Shown here one piece after another: positions 26,385 through 39,924 of a stretch of 64,000 nucleotides of DNA; within the stretch, counting starts at the first letter, position 1, and every line of letters starts with the position of its first letter. A program made the position numbers and the translations under genes. The notes under the pieces are model-generated. The model saw only the letters and a program-made list of their open reading frames with translations, did no database searches and was not told the DNA's origin. The DNA comes from Paragordius varius (lineage: Eukaryota > Animalia > Nematomorpha). The stretch lies in NCBI GenBank assembly GCA_964247055.1, contig OZ176053.1:10106001-10170000 (forward strand), written 5' to 3'.

Positions 26385-27324
26385 ATAAATAGCGTAAATC
26401 TCGTGCTGCTACGCAGCCCGAGGAAGTCCTTCGTACTTCTGGGGAGGGGGGGTTATTTTTGATTTTATAAGCAATTTTGTTATGCGGCATGAAGTTTTAA
26501 AATGATTCACATAGTCTCATATTCTAAAATTTGGCTCCAATAGCATGCTGTATCGATATGATGGCGCAGTGTAGGCGGGTAGCCCCCTACCCAGAGACCA
26601 ATATAAAAATGTAGAGAGATAAAAAATTTAGCCTTTATACCTGGAATCAGCTTTCATTCCTAATAGTTTATGGAAGAATGGCTTCAAAACTAAATAATAT
26701 TTTGACTTTTTACGGGTAATACTTTAAGCAGCTATTGAATTCATATGGCCTGCTAGGTTTTCTGAAATTTAGCCCCAAAAGCACGCTATTTCGATATGAC
26801 GGGTCAGTTTTTAGCGGGTAGCTCCTTCAGCAGCTATCATCAAACAAACACTTGACTAAAATTTTTGCCTTTAAACAGGGAATACGTATAATCTTTATTG
26901 AATTTTTACGGTCTCCTACCTTGGGCGAAAAATGATTTAAAAAATTATTTTTGTGGACTTAGTTTTTTGTAAAAAGTGGCATTTTACGGGGGAAGCGGGT
27001 AAAAAGAGGACCTAAATTAAAAAAGCGAGCCGACTATGTGTGGCGCAATCGAACTAAACAAAAATTATATTTAAAATTGAATGGTCCAATACGTTCTCCA
27101 GAAAATTGTATCAAGACACGATTTTTGTGACTTGTTTTCGAAAAAACCCGTTTTCCACACGGGGTCGTCCCGAACTGGGGACCTAATTCCAAAAAAGGGC
27201 GAAGCTATTGTCGGGGCATTTATTAATGATTATATTTTTTCGATATTTAGATTTGAATGGGTCCACCGGTTTTCCGGAAACAGATCACAAAGCCAGCATT
27301 TTCCATTTTTATAAATATATAGAT
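26385..27324 (+). mobile_element. Interspersed repeat family B, copy 1; possibly a non-autonomous Helentron/Helitron-like element
   Basis: About 26705-27255 aligns by eye in inverted orientation to 63365-62805. Internal ~240-bp tandem duplication (26521 vs 26760). Ends AATAGCGTAAATCTCGTGCTGCTACG... and ...CCGGTTTTCCGGAAACAGATCAC...CATTTTTATAAATATATAGAT|TTT resemble Lep1/DINE-like termini as recalled. The repeat is solid; the class is tentative. Confidence 0.6.
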
Positions 27325-27808
27325 TTTCTATTAAGGTATTTTACACAAATAACACAAATATAAATTGAAGATAATAAATCCATGACGGTATTTGCATGAT
27401 ACATGGAAAAATATACGAATATATTATCCTCACTAATCATGCATAATAAAATACAAATACAACTAATTTGAATAGGTAATATCACTACACCCTTAGGAGA
27501 ACTTTTGTATCATACATACAAAAGAAATACAAATTATTTGAATATCAGTCTTTTATTAATTGTTTTAAAAAAAATCTAAAATTGTAAAAAAATTCATTGC
27601 AAACTTTTTTGCCGCCATTTTCAATAATTTTTTATATCGCTAAGACAAGCAAATAAATGTATATTATGGTTGGAAAATGTGAATACTAACTTTAAAAAGT
27701 TTTCACATTTTCCAGCAATATTATTTTGATTTAATATCAGCTGTTCGTTTCAATCGGCTTTTGGAGCTGGCCCATTACACAAAACTGTAAAAAATATAAC
27801 TTTTTTAA

Positions 27809-28349
27809 CACTTGGAACAACTTATTCATTTCAGTCCTTCGGGGTAGTTGGATACCCCAGGCCTATTTAAAATTAAATACTTTACAAAATATGGAAGGAA
27901 TTGAAACATGGCAAAATTTCTACATTTATATAACATTGATAAACCAGAATATATAAAAAAATTTATTCAAAAAAACTTGATATATTTAGTCAATCTGACA
28001 TGTGTGCATTGGGGAAGAAATGAAAATAATGCAAAATAAACACTTTTCTATTTATATCAATGTTAGATGTAATTTGAAAATAAAATAAGCTTTAATTTTG
28101 CCTTAAAATTTAAATGAACACGATATTTTGCAAAAATTTTGCATAAAAAATTGGCGTCGAAGTAGTTTGAGATGGAAATTTTTTTCAAAACGAAATTTTA
28201 TTTAGATGTTTTAGCTTATTTATATAATTTTTATTTTATTAGGATAGAAGCATAAATTCAAATTTGTACCGTTTCCGTCAGTAGTTTTTTAAAAATATTT
28301 ACTTAAATTTAGTCTGGGATATTTAGATATCCCAATTTGAATCGAAGTG
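27809..28349 (-). mobile_element. piggyBac-type MITE, family A, copy 2 (perfect TTAA on both sides)
   Basis: TTAA(27805-27808)|CACTTGGA ... TCGAAGTG|TTAA(28350-28353). Internal homology to the other family A copies. Short deletion in one subterminal repeat. Confidence 0.88.
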
Positions 28350-28706
28350 TTAAATGCAGGAGAACAATGTTTGATAAATAGATTTTAACTAAAATAACTT
28401 ATAACGCAGTAGTTTATTTACAAGACTGTGCTCCGGGATATAAACCTGCCCCAATATGTCATCGCGGACATAAAAGTGAAAATGTCATAATGTGTTAAAG
28501 AATAATATTATAATAGTAAATAAATAAATATCCTATAATAAATTTTTATATGACGAATTTGAGGTCAAATTTATTTTTGCTTAAAGCAACCCTATTAATA
28601 CTCTCGAAATGATATAATGTATTTATTGCAAAAACAAGTATAATTATCAAATTGTTCCGCGCAAAATTTAGAAGCTAGGTTTATAATACTCTAATATTTA
28701 TCATAG

Positions 28707-29510
28707 CCAGGTGTAGCCATACATTAGGTTTAACTGAGAGAAGAAGCCAGCGAAAAGTACACAGACGACTAATTTAAAACAGACGTCATTTTATTCAACT
28801 GTCACAAAACGACAAACAGACACAATTAAGCCTCCAAAACTCTTGTCTAATTTATATCATTCGGTAATTCGAATTTTTGTCAGAAAAAGAACGTTTGCGG
28901 CAAGTAAAACTTTATATTCGACCAATATAAACTGTTGAAAGTTATCATTCGCTGGTGGAAACGAATCGCGAGCACCATGGGCATAGCACATGGTTTCGCA
29001 AATTTTAAAGTTGTGATTTCCCGAAAGATAGTGAGGCCCTGGTAGACCACACAACAGCAAAGACGATCAAGTGCCAGAGTTTGAAGATAAAGAATTGAAT
29101 CCAGCTCAACGGTAATCGATAGAAGGATTACAATGAGTAGACTACTATGAATAAAGGGAGAGACACCTTAACTCGTAAAATAAATCCTACAATGAACGTC
29201 AAATTGATAACCACCAATTCCTTGAAGTTAAATAAGTATTTTTTCTGCACCCGTTCTCCGGACCTGGCGTCAGACTATTACAACTTTGCATTAATGGGAC
29301 AACCCTCGTAGAGCAGCAATTTAATGATTTCAAAGACGTTGGAAAATGGCTTGAAGAATGATTTTCTGCATGAATTTTCTGGCACAGCATTCTAATACTA
29401 GCTGAGAGATGGGCAATATGTGTAACCGATGGACATAAAATAAATAATTTATTTCTTTTAAAATACACGTTTTTTACCAAAAAACTGTATTAACCTATGA
29501 CCACACCTAG
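28707..29510 (+). mobile_element. Mos1-like mariner transposon relic (internally deleted, ~800 bp)
   Basis: TIRs CCAGGTGTAGCCATA (28707) and TATGACCACACCTAG|TA (29496-29512). Broken transposase: SNFLSEKERLRQV, TWFRKF*SCDF, FEDKEL, SPDLASDYYNFALMG, QQFNDFKDVGKWLEE, ILAERWAICVTDG, matching the mariner N-terminus, YSPDLAPSDY motif and C-terminus as recalled. Confidence 0.88.
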
Positions 29511-31970
29511 TACTTTTCCTTCCTGAAATGAGTTATGGTTTTAGTTTATATGACATGGTACAATATGAGTAAAATGACTAAGATTTGGCTCAGATAATTA
29601 ATAATTCTCTTTGCTTTCATGTAGGTATTTAATTTCGAAATTATGATCTAAAAATTTAAAATATATTTGATTGAAAATTAAAGGCAAATTACCAAACGAC
29701 AACAAGCCGAGCCAGCATCAACGATACGGCATAAAAAACGAAGTAATGATAAACAACTATCTAATATTCTTTAAAAAAACTTGGAAAAAACCCTTAGGGA
29801 CCCGAATAGTTAGAAATTATGTGGTGATATTGATTTAAAAGCATTTATTCACGATTAGATCGCCGAAGATTTTGATTATACAGTACTCAACATTGCCGTA
29901 TATTATACATAATCTTTAGATAATTTCGAATTCAATCATAATTGTTAAACCGATTTATATGTTTAAGTCATATAATTAATTCATATCATTTTACTGGCAA
30001 TTTTCAAATAAGGAGCGATTAAATGCATTTCTGGTCTACCACCCTAGTCAAGGTTAGATACGATGGAAAATTTGATTATATTATATAAAATATTTTTTTA
30101 TCCATTAAAAATACAGTAGGAGAGCTATTAACTTTGAAGAATCAAGATTAAAGGACATATTTTTAAAATTATTATATATTATCAATAAAAAATATTAACA
30201 TAGCCATGTTTATTTATATACGGATCATCATAATTTATCCCATTTATGGTCAAGCGTATATTTACCCTCAAAATTCGGATATTTTAATTTTTGATAACAT
30301 TTTTTAAAACTAACCTTTTTCAATTGCCAGCTAAAAAATCATATTTATAGTTTTAACAACCAATAAAATTCTATCTAATTATGGTCCAGTGTTCGGTATT
30401 TAGCAATTAGCAAATTCCAATAATAATATTTTTTATTGGCAATGGTAGGTAACTAAATTAATTAATAATTAATTAGTATCACCCCCCCCCCTTAATCATT
30501 ACCTTGAAAGGTAGAGTAATGTAATACTATCTCACTAATCAGAATAAAATTAAAGAATGGTGTCATAGGAAAGCAAAAAATATATAAATGGATTATACTC
30601 TAAATACAAATTAATTAGGATTGTCGCGCACAGCAGTATGTGAACCTTTGTTTAATAAGGAGGTAACCTTGAAATTATTATATTGATTGTAAAATATTTA
30701 TATTAATAAAGTTTAAGTTGGTATTTGCTGCCTTTTATAAATTTAAGTTAGGATTGAAAAAATAAAGTTTTTATAAATGAACGTGTACCTTGTTTTTGGA
30801 AACTGGAGTTACTTTTCCTATCCTGATGATTTATATTAGGAGGAGATAAGGATTCATTAAATTTTAAGTTATCCTTATTTAAAATTTTATCCATTAAAAA
30901 TTGCGCAAAATTGCCAACAATCAACTTTTAGTGCTTTTACAATAATTAAAACCATGAAAAAAAAATTAATGCCATCACGATACATCTGAATTTTATTTTT
31001 TGATCTGGATTTAATTTAAATTTGATTTTCAATAATATTTAACTTAATTGTGCATTTTGGCGCCCATTAATATTATAGAATATGTTAAGTATAAATAAAT
31101 CTTTGACCCCAATATAAATTTCTACCTCTCATTTTTTGCTACTTAGTTTTGAAATTTGAAAAAAATCAATACGATAATTATAATTTTAAATATTCTCCTC
31201 AGTAATTATTTTCAGCAAAAGTAACCCATTGACACAAATTAAAAATTGTTCTTCTTTATGAGAGCACGTTTATTAAAAATTTAACACTAATTCTCAACAA
31301 ATTAATAGATATTTCTATAGTACTATTAAAAATTGCTTTCAAAACTTATTTTATTTTTTATATGTTTAGAATACAAGTATAAAATTTTTGAATGATAGAA
31401 ATATATTTTAATAAATCATAAGTTGTCATAATTTTTTTATGCCATTCGCTATAAAAAATAAAAAAGGTTGGTGTAGAGACGTAAAAGAAGCTAATATGTT
31501 TTGGGATACATTTCAACATATATTTATTATGCTTGCTATAAAAGCCAACTTCCCCCTATAATCAAAAGTGGAGAATACAAAGTTGGATTCCACCCTTGTA
31601 TTTATGTACATCTTTATAATATTGATTTTTGTAAAGGTAAAAAATAGGATAACATAGGATACAATGGATAAAAAAAGTCCCATTTTAAATGGGATTGTTT
31701 ATAGATATAATACATAGTATGTATATATGCAACGTATAAATTTTTGCACACGATTTGCTTGTTTTATTGAGTCTTTGAAAAGTGCATTAAATCTTTCCAA
31801 CATTTATTTTCTGCACAACGTAATTAGTTTATAGATAGGCCTATTTCATTGAATATTTCATCAAAAAATTATTGTGATAAAATATGGATCATATATTTGG
31901 TCATCTTTTTGTCACACTATATTACAATAATTGTTAAGTTGGCATCTAAAACACTGAGCATTGGCTAAAA

Positions 31971-34900
31971 ATGTTAAACGAGCAAGATAGAACTGATATA
32001 GATTATATGGATATGCAATCAAATAATGGTCGTAATACCCAACATAATCCATTTTCATCAATCAATGAGAATGTTAATATTATTAATAATAAGGCTAACA
32101 AAATGGAAAATACATCATTTTCCCGTAATAATGACAATAATAATAATATAGTCGGTTCGCAAAATGAAATTATCTATAAACCTATATATCAGCCAAAACC
32201 CATACCGTTCAACAAAACTTATGCCAATAAAAAATTCAGGTCACATCATGACAATTTATTAGACAAACATTTAAGCTATAAAAATACGGATAAATCAAAA
32301 GTTTTAGAACCGACAAATGAATTCCGTTTAGAAATACCTCCATCTCCACCCTCATCTTTCACTACTATAAGTAATATGACCACATCTAACTCAGAAAACC
32401 CAAACAATAATGATAAAAATGCCGATATAACAGAAAAGTCAAGTAAATCACCCAGGAAAATTAGTGACACATCCACTGATATAATCTTTAAAGCAATAGG
32501 TGATTCGGGTTCAACTTTAGTTCCGAAATCTAAAAGGTATAAAATGGATGATTTTCAATTAGATAATCTTGGTTATGTCCCGTCACCATCTGAAGAAAAA
32601 ACCGTCAACCCTGATCAAAAACTTTTTATTAGGGATGGGGTTTCAAGAGTTAGCCATAAAAATAATAAATCAAAACGATTCGCAAAAACGGAAAATTTTG
32701 AAATAGATGCATCCTCATCTATGGATGAAGATATAAGTACTAGCAGTAGCAGTTCGATACTTGAAAAAGAATATAAAATAAAAATGTCAGATTTTGAAAA
32801 ACTCATACCTGGAAACATTCGTCTAGGGGACGAATTAGATAGTTCAAAACTAAATTTAGTCGATATGCCGAGGCCATCAAATGGGATGAAGAACAATATT
32901 GAAGAAAAGTCTGATCGCACTAAAAATCCAAATTTATCGCTATTTAGTCATTCAGATGATAGAAACTATGGTCCATCCTACAACGATTCCAGCCATTATG
33001 AAACTGCGCAAGACCAAAACAATAAAACGCTAACTAATACCGAAAATGAATCATCCATACACCCTTTAGGTTTATCAACAAAACTGCCTATTATAGAAAC
33101 AGTCCATAAAAAGCAAATGTTAGATGCAAACATAAAGGAAAATGAAAATAACCATAATATTCAGGAGTTGGGATCTTATGTTAGAAATGGAAGACGTCGA
33201 TCCTCGTTATTATTGAAGAAAGGATCACTCCCATCACTAACAATGGCTCTCAACACAGGTCCTGCCTTAACAACCCCGACTAATCCCGATCATAGAAAAT
33301 CATCTAATCAAGTTTCACCAACCCCGATACCCGCTACAACATCACATACATATTTTCCCGCAGATACGGAACCTGGCGCCAAAAAAGACAAGGAAACTTC
33401 AACAATCAAAGGTCGCGTATCCCTAGCGCTAAGCGGTGGGAGAAGGAGTTTGGATAAAATTCAACGTAGACTCTCTCGCCAATCATTAATCTCGCATGCA
33501 TCTAAAGCAACCGAAGATTCAGTCAATGACGATAAAACTGTAAATCAATCGGATGCTGCCAACATATCATCAGAAAAGAATAACGAGTTACCCGCTGGAA
33601 CGGGTGATCTTGGCGGGGAGGAAAACCCACATCTCGTTTTCGGAAATCTAATAAAATCCATACAGGTAAATTTATTAATGTTAATATATATACTGCCTAT
33701 AAGACATATTTATCATACTCCTAATTTGATTGATATAAATATTAGAATATAAATCTGAAAGATAAATTGCCTTTGTGATTATGTATGATTATACTGCATA
33801 TTAGTTAATTAAAGATTGGGCAGGAGGAAAACAGCCGGTAAAACTTGAAGACGGTCATGATGAATTTCTCGAGAAATTTGCCATGATGACTGGGGAAGAA
33901 GATATAAATCTAAAACCAAGTCTGAAAGAACGGTTAGTTTTGGATTTTTCTATTAAAACATTTTAATATTATTATTTTATAATTTTTTTTAGACTTATTG
34001 TAACAAAAGGTGTTAAAAAGACCAAAAATTTGTGGAAGAAAAGGAAGTCTTTTTAAGATTTGAGTTAAAAGTGTTATATAGTAAATGATGAAGAGCGTAT
34101 TTTAGAATCATTAATTATGTTAAGGTTTATCAGATTTAATTTTTTTTAAAATTATTACTAATTAATCCAATGTTTTATAATAACTATATTTAATATATAT
34201 ATATATATATATAATCATAATTAATTTTTTTAGATATCCATCTTTTTTATTTTGTGGGGGTTAAGGACCTAATAAATATTTGACAAAGCCATTAACACCT
34301 TTTTGAAAATGTATAAGTCCAATATCTTAAATTTTATCGAAATTTATAACTAAAAAAGATGGATAATATTTTATGAATATAATTTTGCATATATGTTGAA
34401 ATTGAAAAGTTTTGCTTAAAATATTTTTTTAAAAGGTTAACGAACGCGTTTTTATATAGGTGGGGGGGGGGGGGGGGGGGGGGTGGCGAGATAAATTAAC
34501 ATTGGCCTCAATTCGGTTAAGTGAACGCTTGAGAGCTCGTGTTAGGTTGCCATCGGATACGCCTATTCTAATTTGCTAAAATATCAAAAATTTTGATTGT
34601 TTTGCATTTAACTTTTTCATTTAAAATATGTTTATCTGGGGTTGATTGTATATACACAGATATTTAGCACAAATATCTCTACGTGGCAGTAGCATCCCTA
34701 GTATTTAATGCTTCCTTGATGGGATTCTTTTCTTATAAGGAAATTACAAAACTCTTTTCTCCGTTTTATATTAAATTAAATTTGTAAATAGTGCCCCTTA
34801 GTTGTCATCATGTGTAAGCAACGCCCTGCTTTCTTTCCCCCTTTAACACTAAATATTTTTCTAAGAAATTATAGTTAAGAAGTTTTAATTTGGAAAACCC

Positions 34901-37900
34901 AGTAATGTAACACACAAATATCCGATCAAATTATATAGATTAATACATTCAAATTTAATTATTGATCCTATATTGACATAATAGAATAAGAACATTTTGT
35001 CGAAAAGTCAGAAACCCAAAGGAGTGGATTATTGACCCAGCAAATAATGGGTACTATTACTGGTGTCTAATTGTCACAATGGTAATGATATACAATCTCG
35101 TTATTGTGATAGCCAGATGCGTCTTTTTTGACTTACAAACACGATATCGAGGTGTATGGTTTATTCTTGACTATCTGGGTGATGCCATTTACATAGCAGA
35201 CATTGGTGTCCATTTGTGTACAGGTGAGTATATTTGCAAAATAATTGTAAAAAATTTCATAAACCTAAATGTTTTGAGTTTTATTATATGTCAGTTTGAT
35301 TATATAAAGAAAAATCGTTTATAAGTTTGCCTAATTTTGAAGTGTTAAAATTATCTAAAAGCTTCGATTAATACGATCAAGTTAAATTATGGTAAAATTG
35401 TATATGATTGAATTTTCGAGAGATTATGTTTACACAATTTTAGTTGTTAAAATGTAATTAGATCATGTCATTTCAAGGCATAAATTTTAAAAATTTTAAG
35501 TTAACTCTTGATTTTTCCCTTTAACAAAAGTTTAAATAATTTTTCTGGCATTCAAATTTTGATTTATATGCACGGCAAAACCTTTAACAACCTTTTCAAA
35601 TATTTAAGCTTCGTTTATATATTATATACATAAATTTTTTATTCACTAAGGTCTAAATGAATGAGATATGTGATTAACCAACTTAAGTGGCTCTGAACTT
35701 TTCCTCCTACTCTTAGTTATAGGGTTTTGAAATTTTCCCGTGCTACAAAAATGTCTTAAAATCTTTGATTCATTTTTTCCGTCATAAGACGTTTCAGCTA
35801 TATACCATTTGAGCAACTTGAGTTGGTTCATTATCGACGTAAATTGAAATTTCAACAAAACTTCTCATGGTTTTGCGATGCCAAAATTATAAAATAAAAA
35901 TTCTATTTGTAAAAAATAAAAATATGGGTATTAAGGTTTAGGCGCAACACTGTTTAACACATTAGATTTCTTGTATTGATTCTATTATAAACGTTTTTAT
36001 TTGTGGATTTTGAAAGCTTTTACTATTTCGAAAAATTTCTATGAAGAACGTTACAAAATATACCCGACATTTTGGCATCCTATCCGGTTAAAAACTAAAC
36101 CCTAAAAATTAAAACCAATAACATTTTTAATTATTTGTTAATGACCCACTAGTTTAACTAAAAGGGTATTGGCTAAAGTGTAATATAAAAAATAAAATTA
36201 GTCAAAAAATTTTCATATTTCAATAGTACGAATCCCCCTGTTCTGCTTGTACAACCACCTACTGCATACAAAAAATTACAACTATTCAAAGAAATTTTGT
36301 ATTGTTTTTTTCTTAGGATATCTGGAACAAGGTTTACTTGTCAATGAACATCGCAAACTTATGAATGCATATGTCAGAACATGGACCTTCATATTTGATA
36401 TTTTGTGCATCTTACCAACCGATCTCCTCTATCTTCGCATGGGTGGAGACTGGACCGTAGCTCGTTTTAACCGCTGTTTAAAATTTACGCGTTTCCGCGA
36501 ATTTTTTAACCGAACTGAAAGTCGAACCACTTTCCCTAACGTGTTTCGTATCTTTAATCTCATGATCTACATTATCATTATTATACATTGGAATGCGTGC
36601 ATTTACTTTTTCATAAGGTAAACCAGTGTTAATATTTTGCGTTTTATCATTGATAATAAAAAAAATATAAAAAGTTTTCTCGTACACTTTATAATTAATC
36701 AAACGCTTTTTTTGGTAAGGAGGAAGGACAAGTTTTATTTTAGATTTTGTTCACATCGAAGTGTCAATTTTTATTGGTTATATTATTAAAACCAATATAC
36801 ATTGTTTTATTTAAATTATCCTTGCTTTACCACGATTTTCCTATAATTTATGTTTTGGCCACTTAAGCCTCAAAATTGGTCTTGGTTCTGATGGATGGGT
36901 TTACAAAGATATTCATGAACCAGGCTGGGACGATCTCACGACCAAATACATTTATAGCTTTTATTGGTCCACGCTGACCTTAACAACTATTGGTAAGTAA
37001 CTCTTTGATTCTTATAGCAAATAATAAAATAAAATAGACATTAACAACATTGTACGCTTATTTATTATAATAATTTAAATACAATAATAAAAATAAATTA
37101 TTTATGTATTGGCAAAAGAAGTTAATGCTATAAAAACAGTTTAAATAATGATAAAAGGATCATTTCAAAGTGGCGCACCATAAATTTTACAAAAGATGAA
37201 AAACGACAACAACCATTTTAAAATAAAACGGTCGCTTTCATCTAACGGTCATAAAAAGGTAAACATTGAGTTTCCAGTAGTATAAATGTCTAATTTTATG
37301 TTTTAAGGCCATTTATGCAAGTGTAAATACATGAAAACTATATATTTTCCAATCTCTATTTTTATGAGGGTAATCTATACATAATCTAATAATATATCAC
37401 TTATTTCAATAAAGTTTTTAAAAAATGCAATGGGTTCTTTGGGCAAGAGCATTTACCATTCTTTTAGTAATTTTCAGTAAATATTTTAAATATAAAGCCA
37501 TAAACTTAGTGATATTACTTTACAAGTTAAAATAGTCCCTTAAACAATTCCACCCATGTATTAATTAGCAGGCAATAAAAACTCTTTTATGGGATAAATA
37601 TGATAGGTGAAACTCCAAGACCTGAACGCGACGAAGAATACCTGTTTGTAGTGATAGATTTTATGATTGGTGTGCTCATATTCGCTACGATTGTCGGTGA
37701 CGTTGGTGCTATGATGACAAATGCCAATGCTGCCAGGGCCGAATTTAGAAATCGCATGGATGCGGTCAAACGGTAAAAAACGTAACATTCAAACGTTAAA
37801 ATGTGATTTTGTATCACAAATTTATTATTATAGTATGGTTGTATCCATCGTACAAACAATGAATCTGGTTGAATTTGAAAAAAAACTAATCTGTGTTAAA

Positions 37901-39924
37901 ACAGCCGAGTCGGAGACTATAAATAAAATATTTCCTGTGAACTGTAATAGCGGGGCGGTTTTTTTTAACTTTTTACCGATTTACACAGAATCTAGATGTT
38001 TATTTAATGCTTATAATTATAACTATCCGATCATGATAAACCCGTTATTTTAATACTTCAAAATAGATTTTTGTAAAAAGGTTAATTATAATTATAATTT
38101 GAATATTAAGATATTAACTAAATTATTTGAATTAAAAATAAATATGAAAAAATTATTCCAATTTTGTCGAAACGTTTTTTGTGTGTGCAATACATAAACC
38201 AATGTTATTTTTATGATTTAGATATATGGAATTACGTAAAGTAAGAAAGGATTTGGAGCGGCGGGTTATCAAATGGTTTGATTACCTGTGGCTAAATAAT
38301 CGACATAGCTTGAACGAAGAAGAAGCTATTTTATCAAATTTGCCTGACAAACTCAAAGCTGAAATAGCTATTAATGTACATTTGGATACATTGCGACGCG
38401 TTACCATATTTAAGGACTGTGAACCGGGATTGTTAGTTGAATTGATTCTCAGGCTCAAATTACAAGTATTAATAGATTATGGATATAAAATTGTAATATT
38501 TTTGAAATCTATCATCGTTGACTTATTGACGGAAAAAAATAGTAAACTCTTAACTTGGTAGAATCATTATTAAAAAATTGTTAAAAGTTTATAATTTTCA
38601 ATGTTAATTAAAAATATTAAATAATTACAGTCATTGCTAATTCGTGATTTTTTAATTAATTTTTTATAAATTTCATAATAAAGAATTAATTCTCTCAAAA
38701 ATTGACAACTTAATTTAATAAATTATTTTTTTTTTAAATACAAGCTTTAGTAACTATTGTACTAATTACCTTTGTTGATGCGGCATATAAATAGGCAATT
38801 ATAATTCTAGTACAGTACCATATGGAGTAAAGTCCATAAAAAAATGTTTTTTTAAAAAACAAGCCTAGTTATATATACACACATATCTATAATATCCCCT
38901 TGTTTTAAAAAAAAAAATTTTTATTCTATTATGGACTAATAATGTTTTATGCCATGCGCTACTGTATATATAATGTAATAAATATAAGATATATGGTTAT
39001 GCTATGTATAGGTATTTTCACCCGGTGATTACATCTGTCGCAAAGGAGATGTTGGCAAAGAGATGTATATACTTAAACGAGGCAAACTGAATGTTGTGTC
39101 AGAAGATGGAAGGACTGTTTATGCTACACTGAGTGACGGGAGCGTTTTTGGAGAACTCAGTATTTTAAATATTCCAGGAAACAAAACTGGTAAACATTTT
39201 GATTGAACATCATTTGAAAAATTCATTTAAACGTTTATAAAATAATATTTATCGTTTTGGTAAAAATACTGCCGATCAACATAGTCGATGAATCGTGTGT
39301 ATAAATTTATATGAAGCTATGAAAATTATCTTTCCTTAATTAAATAACTTTAAAATGGATCAATAAGTATTAAATATATTTTTTAAACCGACCGTTTTCA
39401 TGTATTTGATAAACTTATTGTATATAAAATAATATTTATTTATATCATAAGGTAATCGTAGGACAGCTAATGTTAGAAGTTTGGGCTATTCAGATGTTTT
39501 TTGTCTTTCAAAAGATGATTTGTGGGAAACTTTGGAGGATTATCCCGAGGCCAAGAAAATTTTGTTAGAACGTGGCAAAGAAATTTTAAAGAAAGACAAT
39601 TTATTGGATGAAGAATTATTTAAACAAGCCGAGCAATTCACTGCACAAGGTGGGTCTTCCCAAGAACGAATGATTGATTTAGAGCGAAAGTTAGATAATC
39701 TTCAGACCAGATTTGCACGGTTACTAGCTGAATACACCAACAGTCAATTTAAACTTAAACGCCGGATTACGGCTTTGGAGAAGTCTTCTGAACTACAAGA
39801 TTTACCGTCATCGTTTGTCAATGAATCAGTTTCAAATGAGCGTAGGTCAAGTTATGCTTCATTGCCAGATATGGAAAATACTACACCCGAACCTACAAGC
39901 AATAAAGAATCTCCAAAAAAATAA
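31971..39924 (+). CDS. Cyclic nucleotide-gated channel alpha subunit (CNGA/tax-4-like), ~1182-1200 aa
   Basis: Exons 31971-33665, 33805-33932, (optional 33993-34046), 34985-35223, 36317-36617, 36868-36992, 37607-37772, 38222-38465, 39012-39189, 39452-39924; phases consistent. Motifs: [36 protein letters not shown] pore, C-linker, [24 protein letters not shown] binding cassette, KDNLLD C-helix Asp, C-terminal leucine zipper. Confidence 0.96.
34462..34483 (+). repeat. G22 homopolymer in a CNG intron
   Basis: Direct reading: 22 consecutive G. Confidence 0.85.

Noticed and set aside
27081-27314. ORFs 27081-27314, 62729-62953 and 62781-62978
   Set aside because: Inside repeat family B; the homologous copies use different frames.
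28800-29460. LINE reverse transcriptase remnant (INGTTL...FKDVG looked RT-like)
   Set aside because: The SPDLA-SDY motif, Mos1-like N- and C-terminal fragments, TIRs and the second copy at 60 kb identify it as mariner.
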